Shown piece after piece: positions 57,337-64,000 of a stretch of 64,000 nucleotides of DNA (within the stretch, counting starts at the first letter, position 1; each line of letters opens with the position of its first letter). Source of the DNA: Sulfurimonadaceae bacterium (lineage in GTDB: Bacteria; Campylobacterota; Campylobacteria; Campylobacterales; Sulfurimonadaceae); assembly GCA_041572615.1 (NCBI GenBank), contig JBFFSC010000001.1:6050-70049 (forward strand). The letters are read 5' to 3'. The notes under the pieces are model-generated. The model searched no databases. It was not told where the DNA came from and saw only the letters and a program-made list of their open reading frames with translations. A program made the translations under genes and the position numbers.

Positions 57337-58796
57337 AAACATCACAAAAAAAACAGACTATACTATTAACGGGAGCAACGGGATATATTGGACGTCGTCT
57401 AAAACACAAGCTGTTAGAGGATAACACTAACCGAATCAAACTACTTGTTCGACATGCCAATTCACTGAGCGATAGTGTACGTCAGCATACTGAAATCATT
57501 GAAGGCAGTACCTTTGATAAAGACTCCCTAGATAAAGCACTGCAAGGTGTCGACGTAGCCTATTATCTCATCCACTCTCTTGGGAATGATGATTATGCAG
57601 AGCTGGATAGAAAAAGTGCAATGAACTTTCGTGAAGCAGCTATAAAGGCTGGTGTCAAGAAGATTATCTACCTGGGAGGACTTGGTGTTATTGACAAAGA
57701 CACAAGTGAACATCTCCTCAGCCGCATAGAAACCGGCCAGATACTTTCTCAAAGACCTGATAAGATTGACGTCATCTGGTTTCGTGCGGGTGTCATCATC
57801 GGTTCAGGCAGTGCCAGTTTTGAGATCATTCGTAATCTCATCCAAAAACTCCCAGTCATGATCACACCTAAATGGGTACGTACAAAAGCTCAGCCCATTG
57901 GCGTTGAAGATGTTATCGATTACCTTGAAAGTGCAAAAGAAGAGACACTAAGCGGGACTCATATCGTAGACATAGGTTCAGAAAAGATGTGTTATCAAGA
58001 AATGATGGTCGAATGTGCCAAAGTCATGGGACTTAAACGTCTCATTATCCCTGTTCCATTTCTTTCTGTAGGTCTATCATCCTACTGGCTGAATATCTTC
58101 ACACCTGTGCCTTTCAATGTCGCTGCTTCCCTTATCAAAGGAGTCCGTTGTGAAGTCCTTGTTCAAAACGACAACGCCAAAAGGCTATTTCCTCATATTC
58201 ATCCCTCTTCATTCAAACAAAGTATTGCTAATGCGTTATCTGAAGCGGAAGAGAATCAGGTATTAAGCCGATGGAGTGATAGAGGTGATGGTGTTTGGGA
58301 TACCGATCATAAGTTCTCAATCGCACAAGCTATCTTTATTGATAGACAAGTGCTCCCTTTAGGTAATCTTTCTAAACATGATGTCCATCAGAGCTACATA
58401 TGTATCGGTGGTCAGAATGGATGGTTCTCCTATGACTGGTTATGGGGGATAAGAGGGTTCTTTGATAAACTTTCAGGAGGTGCTGGACTCAACCGGGGAA
58501 GACGATCGCAGCACGAGCTTCGCATTGGTGACAGTCTGGACTTTTGGAAAGTCGTTGATATACAAGATGACGAACGACTGCTTCTGTTTGCACAGATGCG
58601 TCTGCCCGGAAAGGCCTGGTTGGAGTTTAAGATACACGAGGGAAACCTTGTTCAAAGTGCCTACTTTCTGCCTAAAGGAGTATTTGGAAGACTTTACTGG
58701 TACGCACTTGTACCGCTTCATTATCTTGTTTTCAAAGATATGATCCGATCTATTATAAGACAGGCAAAAGACATAAGAGACAAAAGAATGTCTTAA
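57333..58796 (+). CDS. NAD(P)-binding (NmrA/SDR-like) + DUF2867 protein, YbjT-like
   Basis: N-terminal [13 protein letters not shown] Rossmann motif. C-terminal half of about 170 aa with the size and position of DUF2867. 487 aa. Confidence 0.7.
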   Translation: MKTSQKKQTILLTGATGYIGRRLKHKLLEDNTNRIKLLVRHANSLSDSVRQHTEIIEGSTFDKDSLDKALQGVDVAYYLIHSLGNDDYAELDRKSAMNFREAAIKAGVKKIIYLGGLGVIDKDTSEHLLSRIETGQILSQRPDKIDVIWFRAGVIIGSGSASFEIIRNLIQKLPVMITPKWVRTKAQPIGVEDVIDYLESAKEETLSGTHIVDIGSEKMCYQEMMVECAKVMGLKRLIIPVPFLSVGLSSYWLNIFTPVPFNVAASLIKGVRCEVLVQNDNAKRLFPHIHPSSFKQSIANALSEAEENQVLSRWSDRGDGVWDTDHKFSIAQAIFIDRQVLPLGNLSKHDVHQSYICIGGQNGWFSYDWLWGIRGFFDKLSGGAGLNRGRRSQHELRIGDSLDFWKVVDIQDDERLLLFAQMRLPGKAWLEFKIHEGNLVQSAYFLPKGVFGRLYWYALVPLHYLVFKDMIRSIIRQAKDIRDKRMS

Positions 58797-58820
58797 CCTA
58801 GTCTCGTTAGCAACGAAAGC

Positions 58821-58860
58821 CAATCCACCAATCCACCAATCCACCAATCGACAAATCCAC
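58821..58860 (+). repeat. tandem octamer array: CAATCCAC x3, then CAATCGAC, AAATCCAC
   Basis: Read directly: caatccac caatccac caatccac caatcgac aaatccac. Intergenic, and it overlaps the box copy at 58845. Confidence 0.9.
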
Positions 58861-58868
58861 ACTACAAA
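58845..58868 (+). promoter_or_regulatory. copy of conserved 24-nt box (CAATCGACAAATCCACACTACAAA) upstream of the small ORF/SDR operon
   Basis: 17/24 identical to the 54573 copy. TAGACT at 58886 follows after a 17-nt spacer. 47 nt before ATG 58915. Confidence 0.35.
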
Positions 58869-58914
58869 CATCCTTTATATTACTATAGACTGTGTAAAGA
58901 GTAGGAGGATGTTT

Positions 58915-59004
58915 ATGAACCATTTTATAGAAGAACTGAATATCAAGTTAGTCCTTGTGCCTTGTGCATTTGCACTATTCTTCCTGATCCGGGTATGGAG
59001 TTAG
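58915..59004 (+). CDS. candidate 29-aa hydrophobic micro-protein (MNHFIEELNIKLVLVPCAFALFFLIRVWS)
   Basis: Not in the ORF track (too short). AGGAGG at 58903-58908 lies 6 nt before the ATG. The stop is 8 nt before the SDR start. One predicted TM helix. Confidence 0.3.
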   Translation: MNHFIEELNIKLVLVPCAFALFFLIRVWS

Positions 59005-59012
59005 TAAATTAC

Positions 59013-59765
59013 ATGAGCCAACGTATTTGGATGGTAGGCGGCAGTAGCGGTATTGGTCTTGAACTTGTCAAACTCTGGCTTATCAATGGTGAAAGGGTAA
59101 TCGTATCTTCACGTAATGCAACCGGCACTGAGATGCTTAAACTACTGGTAGATGCCTATCCTGAAAGACTAAAACTCATTGACTTGGATATCTCAGATAC
59201 CAATACGATCAGTGAGACCATCCAAGAAGTATGGTCACTGTATGAAGGGCTTGATCTTTGGTTTTACAATGCCGGGGCCTATGAGACCATGAAAATACAC
59301 GAATGGAAGTTCGAGCACTTCAAGCAGATGAATATGGTCAATTACCTTGGTGTAGTCAATCTTATGACAGAACTGGCGCCACTCTTTAAACGGCAATATC
59401 ATGGCCGCTGGATCCTTAATATCAGTCTCTCATCTTACCTCGGTCTTCCCTACGGAGGTGGATACAGTGCACCCAAGGCTGCCCTTCTTAATCTGGCCGA
59501 GTCGATTCAACCTGAACTGATACGCGACAACATACAACTTCAGGTCATCAACCACGGTTTTGTAAAAACGCGCCTGACGGCTAAAAATGATTTTGACATG
59601 CCCCAATTGATGGAACCTGAGATAGCAGCAAGAAAGATCTTTGAAGGCTTGAAAAAGCCCTATCGCTTTGAGATAAGATTTCCGTTTGGGCTTTCTTTGT
59701 TCTTGCGAATCTTACGACTGCTTCCTTACAAGGTCTCCCTGGCATTGACTGCAAAGGCCTTGTGA
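59013..59765 (+). CDS. short-chain dehydrogenase/reductase (SDR)
   Basis: Start MSQRIWMVGGSSGIGLEL (TGxxxGxG-type). NAG and the YSAPKAAL catalytic motif. The upstream ORF extension (58962) lacks an RBS. Confidence 0.8.
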   Translation: MSQRIWMVGGSSGIGLELVKLWLINGERVIVSSRNATGTEMLKLLVDAYPERLKLIDLDISDTNTISETIQEVWSLYEGLDLWFYNAGAYETMKIHEWKFEHFKQMNMVNYLGVVNLMTELAPLFKRQYHGRWILNISLSSYLGLPYGGGYSAPKAALLNLAESIQPELIRDNIQLQVINHGFVKTRLTAKNDFDMPQLMEPEIAARKIFEGLKKPYRFEIRFPFGLSLFLRILRLLPYKVSLALTAKAL

Positions 59766-60196
59766 TGAAGATTGAACAAACAGCAAGGGCCTATGCTGAT
59801 TTCTTTGAAAGTATCTCCAAAGAGACATCGATGGAGTCCTACGCCAAACTTTTCGATGTAAACGTCTGCTTTGAAGATCCTTTTCAAAAAGTCATCGGCA
59901 TAGAAAAGGTCTACCATGTCTTCGAGCATATGTTTACAACCCTCTATGACCCCCGTTTTATCGTCAATGAGATAGTGTGTGATAAACAGTGCGCTTATTT
60001 GCGCTGGACCTTCTCGTATCAGCGTAGCCCCAAACTCAATATAGAAAAGTTCACCGGTGTCAGTCGGGTACAGTTTCTTGAGACAGGCAAGGTGCTTTCA
60101 CATGTCGATTATTGGGATGCCGCCGAGAACATCTATGAAAAAGTTCCTATTCTTGGTTTTGTCTTGCGTCTGATCAAACAAAGGATCAAAGCATGA
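59762..60196 (+). CDS. NTF2-like (SnoaL-fold) protein
   Basis: 144 aa. Size and pattern (YADFFESI ... CAYLRWTFSY) fit an NTF2-like fold. 4-nt overlap with the SDR gene. Confidence 0.55.
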   Translation: MMKIEQTARAYADFFESISKETSMESYAKLFDVNVCFEDPFQKVIGIEKVYHVFEHMFTTLYDPRFIVNEIVCDKQCAYLRWTFSYQRSPKLNIEKFTGVSRVQFLETGKVLSHVDYWDAAENIYEKVPILGFVLRLIKQRIKA

Positions 60197-61434
60197 AACT
60201 GGCATCGTCAACCCTCTTTTACTACGCACTTCCTGCATTTTCACTGGCGATGCTTGGTCTTCCTCTTTACATCTATCTTCCTACATTTTACTCCGAATAT
60301 GTCGGTCTAGGTACCTTTGAGATCGGTATAGTCCTGTTTTTGGCACGTGGGCTGGACCTGATACTTGATCCCCTCGTTGGCTCGTTAAGTGACAAATATG
60401 CAAAACGTAAGTTGATGATGTTTATCGGTATGATTATCCTTCTTGCCGGTTTTTTGGCACTAAGTTACCCACTGCCGTCTTGGATATGGCTGCTTGGTTT
60501 CTCATTTATCGCCTACACCGGATGGAGCCTGATGAGTATTCCTTACCTCGCTTTGAGTGCAGAGTTAAGCCGAGACTATCATGACAACACCCGATTGGCT
60601 TCCAGTCGCGAGTTGCTAACGATATGTGGTTTAATCTTGGCCCTTGTCATTCCTTATGCCCTTGATATTGCAGACAATGCTCAAGCGACAATAGAAATGA
60701 TGTTTTTCATCGTCGGGATATCTCTGCCTGTGCTGTTTTTACTGTTTAATCATCATATAAAAGAGCCAAAACACACATTACATTCGCTTAATTTTTTTAG
60801 CGGACTTAAACAACTCTGGTTACATGCACCTGATGCAAGATCACTATTCTTAGCCTTTTTATTTAACAGTCTTGCCAATGCTCTACCTGCAACACTTTTT
60901 CTTTTCTTTGTCTCTCTCATTTTACAAACGCCTGATCAGACCGGTCTTTTTTTGCTCTTGTACTTTATCTCGGGCTTGATCGCGCTGCCACTATGGAGTT
61001 CGTTTGCAAAAAGATGGGGTAAAAAGAGAGTATGGGTTGCCTCCATGACTCTGGCATCTGTTGCCTTTAGTTTTGTCCTTTTATTAGGCCCTGGAGATGA
61101 ACTGTATTTTATGTTCATTACGCTCGTATCGGGGTTTAGTCTTGGTGCCGACATGGCTCTTCCGGCAGGGATACAAGCCGATATAGCCCAAAAAATAGAA
61201 ACGAACGGGAAACGACTTACCGGAGTATTGTTTGGATTTTGGGCCATGTTGACAAAACTCTCACTCGCTTTGGCTGTGGGCATATCTTTTGGACTATTGG
61301 GATTAAGCGGGTTTGAACCTGAATCACCAAGTTCGAGTTCTCTTATCATGCTTTCCATACTCTATGGTATGGCCCCGGTCATCTTTAAAATACTGGCTAT
61401 CTACTTTATATCCAGGTATGACGATGCGATATAG
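60193..61434 (+). CDS. MFS transporter, glycoside-pentoside-hexuronide (GPH) type
   Basis: 12 TM helices. ARGLDLILDPLVGSLSDKYAKRK matches the GPH loop signature (R..D...DP..G). Confidence 0.75.
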   Translation: MKLASSTLFYYALPAFSLAMLGLPLYIYLPTFYSEYVGLGTFEIGIVLFLARGLDLILDPLVGSLSDKYAKRKLMMFIGMIILLAGFLALSYPLPSWIWLLGFSFIAYTGWSLMSIPYLALSAELSRDYHDNTRLASSRELLTICGLILALVIPYALDIADNAQATIEMMFFIVGISLPVLFLLFNHHIKEPKHTLHSLNFFSGLKQLWLHAPDARSLFLAFLFNSLANALPATLFLFFVSLILQTPDQTGLFLLLYFISGLIALPLWSSFAKRWGKKRVWVASMTLASVAFSFVLLLGPGDELYFMFITLVSGFSLGADMALPAGIQADIAQKIETNGKRLTGVLFGFWAMLTKLSLALAVGISFGLLGLSGFEPESPSSSSLIMLSILYGMAPVIFKILAIYFISRYDDAI

Positions 61435-61861
61435 TCCAGTCATTTGGTTCTTGTGTCTGTTTGTCGTATTGATTGGGCTTGAAAACATTTACCCATTGCC
61501 TTTTGCGCTCTCTTTTTCAAAGATTTATGGATTATTATGTCTGTTTTTTGCCTTGATCATCGTCATATGGACCAAATACCTTTACATGCGTCACAACACC
61601 TCTTATGACCCAAATAAAAAACCTGTTGTATTGATAACAGACAGTATCTATGCGATCAGTCGCAATCCAATATACATCGCACTTGTACTGGCTTTCTTTG
61701 GAGTTTCACTTATACTCTCTTTAAGCTATTCGCTTCCGGGGACACTATCTCTGTATCTTATTCTTTCACGGCATATCATCCCTCATGAAGAAAAAGAACT
61801 TGAAATGATTTTCAAAGACCGCTATCTTGAGTATAAATCCTCTACTCCAAAATGGGTTTAA
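61418..61861 (+). CDS. ICMT/PEMT-like membrane methyltransferase family protein
   Basis: Four to five TM helices. YAISRNPIYIALVLAFFG (RNP.Y motif). Start ATG 61418 or 61424, overlapping the MFS gene end. Confidence 0.6.
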   Translation: MTMRYSPVIWFLCLFVVLIGLENIYPLPFALSFSKIYGLLCLFFALIIVIWTKYLYMRHNTSYDPNKKPVVLITDSIYAISRNPIYIALVLAFFGVSLILSLSYSLPGTLSLYLILSRHIIPHEEKELEMIFKDRYLEYKSSTPKWV

Positions 61862-61862
61862 A

Positions 61863-61891
61863 CCAATCAACTGACATATTTGACCTACGAA
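61863..61891 (+). promoter_or_regulatory. conserved box CCAATCAACTGACATATTTGACCTACGAA upstream of lipocalin gene 2
   Basis: 26/29 identical to 51812-51840. TATACT at 61909 follows after a 17-nt spacer. The box ends 50 nt before ATG 61941. Confidence 0.55.
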
Positions 61892-61940
61892 TGTTCTTTG
61901 GCTTGTCTTATACTTAAACTATATGAGTTAGGAGTACACC

Positions 61941-62459
61941 ATGCGTATGATCTTCATTATCATGTTTTTCATATTCACTGCCTTGGCTGAGACTTTGCAA
62001 CCCGTTTCATATGTTGATTCGAAGCGCTTTAGCGGCCTATGGTATGAGATCGCACGTACTTACAACGATTATGAAAAAGATTGTGTGGCTGCGACTGTCG
62101 AATACGTCCTGGAAGACGACAATCGCTATCGCGTCAACAATCGCTGTTTTGACACGACAATGACAGGAGACCTTATACTTTATGAAGGTACAGCAGAACC
62201 TCTTGAAGGAGATTCTATGCATCAGATGGAGATGACATATTTTTGGATTTTCAGCCAAGACTACAACGTACTCTACCTGGATGAAGACTATACCACAGCC
62301 ATCATAAGCGATAAGGACTTTGAACAATTGTGGGTGATGCACAGAAAGCCGGAGATATCCCAAATCAAATTAGCAAAGTTACTTGCTCTGCTAGAGAAAA
62401 ACATGGATCTTGATAGGCTCATCTATACCCCTCAAGACCCTCAAGGAAGGTACAAATGA
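61941..62459 (+). CDS. lipocalin family protein (second Blc paralogue, no lipobox Cys)
   Basis: Signal peptide MRMIFIIMFFIFTALA. FSGLWYEIARTY lipocalin motif. Confidence 0.8.
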   Translation: MRMIFIIMFFIFTALAETLQPVSYVDSKRFSGLWYEIARTYNDYEKDCVAATVEYVLEDDNRYRVNNRCFDTTMTGDLILYEGTAEPLEGDSMHQMEMTYFWIFSQDYNVLYLDEDYTTAIISDKDFEQLWVMHRKPEISQIKLAKLLALLEKNMDLDRLIYTPQDPQGRYK

Positions 62460-63691
62460 AAATCGCGGTATTAGGTGCCGGCATCAGTGGGTTGGGCAGC
62501 GCTTACCTGCTTAGCCAAAAACATGAAGTCGATCTCTATGAGAAAGAGAGTCGTCTAGGTGGACACGCACGAACGACGATGGTCCATGAAAAAGAGAAAA
62601 GCTTTGGTGTTGACACTGGTTTTTTAGTCTTCAACCATGAGACCTATCCCCTTTTGACAAGACTCTTTGAACAACTCGATGTCAAAATAGAAAATAGTGA
62701 CATGAGTTTTGGGTTTTGGGATGAACAGAGCAATTCAGCCTATAATGGAAGCTCACTGGGCGGGATGTTCTTGCAAAAGAAAAACCTTTTTTCTCTCGCG
62801 CATTACAAGATGATCGCAGACATCATGCGCTTCAACAAAGAAGCCAACGATCATGTCGATAATAACAGCCGTGAACTTAATCAATCCCTGGGAGAGTATC
62901 TGGAATCCTATTCCGAAGTCTTTAAACAACGCTACATCTTGCCTATGGGAGCTGCAATCTGGTCAACGCCGAGTGAAAAGATGCATGACTTCCCTGCACG
63001 CACATTTTTACAGTTCTTCAAGAATCATGGCCTTCTAGGTGTAACAACACAACATCAATGGCTAACCGTAAGCGGTGGTTCGATCAATTATGTCAATGCC
63101 ATATCTCAAAAAATCTCAGGAGAGATTATACTTAACAGTCCCGTACGTTCACTCTCCCGTCACAAAGACGGTGTCACACTTCATATGAATGACGGGACGG
63201 CAAAAGAATACGACAAAGTCGTTATGGCGATGCATGCTCCTGATGCGCTGACGCTTCTAGACGATGCCACTGAAACAGAGAAAGAACTTCTCTCCTGTTT
63301 TGCCTATAAAGAGAATCAGGCAGTACTTCATAATGACACCAATGTCCTTTATCCTGACAAAAAAAGTTATGCAGCATGGAACTATAAGACCGGAGGGAAA
63401 GACAATGCCGTCACACTTTCATATTGGATCAACATCCTACAAAACCTGGTTACAGACAAAGAGTATTTTGTCTCCTTGAATGAGACGGCAACAATCAATG
63501 ATATCATCGAAGAGATCACCTACGAACACCCGCAGTTTGATGCGGATGCGATAGAGGCACAGTCACGTCATCATGAAATAGACGGTGTTATACACACCCA
63601 TTATGCAGGAGCCTATTGGCGTTACGGCTTTCATGAAGACGGACTATGGAGTGCAGAGCGTATTGCCAATAAGATGGAGTGTGCATTATGA
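62456..63691 (+). CDS. NAD/FAD-dependent oxidoreductase (amine-oxidase/desaturase-like)
   Basis: KIAVLGAGISGLGSAYLL ... LYEKESRLGGHA dinucleotide-binding motif. 4-nt overlaps on both sides. Confidence 0.8.
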   Translation: MKIAVLGAGISGLGSAYLLSQKHEVDLYEKESRLGGHARTTMVHEKEKSFGVDTGFLVFNHETYPLLTRLFEQLDVKIENSDMSFGFWDEQSNSAYNGSSLGGMFLQKKNLFSLAHYKMIADIMRFNKEANDHVDNNSRELNQSLGEYLESYSEVFKQRYILPMGAAIWSTPSEKMHDFPARTFLQFFKNHGLLGVTTQHQWLTVSGGSINYVNAISQKISGEIILNSPVRSLSRHKDGVTLHMNDGTAKEYDKVVMAMHAPDALTLLDDATETEKELLSCFAYKENQAVLHNDTNVLYPDKKSYAAWNYKTGGKDNAVTLSYWINILQNLVTDKEYFVSLNETATINDIIEEITYEHPQFDADAIEAQSRHHEIDGVIHTHYAGAYWRYGFHEDGLWSAERIANKMECAL

Positions 63692-64000
63692 GTCATAGAT
63701 TTTTTGAGGGGAGCATCTACCATAAACGTTTTCATCCAAAAACTCATGAGTTCACCTACCCTTTTTATCTTTTGGACATCAGTATCCCGTTGATAGACAA
63801 TCTAAAAAACGCCCTTTTCTCACTGGGTGGTTTCAACCTCTTTTCATTCAGAGCCACAGACCATTTTGGATCGAGTAAAGACTTCACACACAACGTCAAA
63901 GAGCTACTGGATACATTCAACCTTCAAGAAACACAAGAGATGCGGTTTATCACTTTGCCCAGAGTCTTTAATTTTGTGTTCAATCCGATCAGTGTACTGG
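63688..64000 (+). CDS. DUF1365 family protein, N-terminal part (runs off the right edge)
   Basis: My own translation: MSHRFFEGSIYHKRFHPKTHEFTYPFYLLDI...RVFNFVFNPISVL. The H.R..P..H.F.Y and FNP.S patterns are typical of DUF1365. The ATG overlaps the upstream stop (ATGA). Confidence 0.7.
   Translation, partial: MSHRFFEGSIYHKRFHPKTHEFTYPFYLLDISIPLIDNLKNALFSLGGFNLFSFRATDHFGSSKDFTHNVKELLDTFNLQETQEMRFITLPRVFNFVFNPISVL

Noticed and set aside
1-64000. Mobile elements, CRISPR arrays, tRNA/rRNA genes, toxin-antitoxin or recognisable phage-defence systems
   Set aside because: I found no direct-repeat/spacer arrays, no transposase, integrase or recombinase motifs, and no cloverleaf-like sequences in the short intergenic regions. 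No nuclease, methylase or helicase gene clusters are present. The window looks like core or accessory metabolic chromosome.

Overview
This is a densely coding 64-kb chromosomal window with about 63 CDS. I saw no rRNA, tRNA, CRISPR array, transposase or integrase. Gene style (Sel1-repeat protein, HD-GYP and EAL-HDOD signalling proteins, AGGAG-type ribosome-binding sites, AT-rich promoters with TG-extended -10 boxes) suggests a proteobacterium, possibly a Campylobacterota member; that is inference only.

Gene blocks in order:
- Orphan hypotheticals, a YHS lipoprotein and a Sel1 protein.
- A MoxR / DUF58 / transglutaminase triad.
- A tandem double-parvulin gene.
- A minus-strand beta-oxidation operon (acyl-CoA ligase, thiolase, hydratase/dehydrogenase, FadE), ending in an acyltransferase/alpha-beta-hydrolase fusion and followed by a REC-HD-GYP gene.
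- A five-gene overlapping operon (CinA-like, metallophosphoesterase, muramoyl-alanine amidase, DUF819, dipeptide epimerase).
- EAL-HDOD and DUF808 genes.
- A BLUF-led operon (BLUF, YfcH-like, YbgA, photolyase), then a PAS hybrid kinase and an MscS-type channel.
- A cation and osmotic homeostasis block (MgtE, CaCA, glutaminase, small MscS, PsiE, CorA-like).
- TamA/TamB.
- RimK, a DUF785 protease and an M14 deacylase.
- A CDF transporter and alanine dehydrogenase.
- thiD, thiE, a THI5-like gene and a CbiX-like gene.
- A lipocalin, SRPBCC, flavin reductase, trpB and YbjT-like operon.
- An SDR, NTF2-like, MFS, ICMT-like, lipocalin, FAD-oxidase and DUF1365 lipid-modification cluster that runs off the right edge.

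The main finding is a 24-nt box found by eye (nAACyGACA-N8-CTAy-N-AA). It occurs five times, always on the + strand, in front of the BLUF/photolyase, thiamine, both lipocalin and the SDR/lipid operons. A -10-like hexamer follows each copy after a fixed 17-nt spacer. This suggests one shared, unidentified regulator for a photoprotection-type regulon. No DNA-binding regulator is encoded in the window. All functional calls rest on motifs read by eye, with no database searches.
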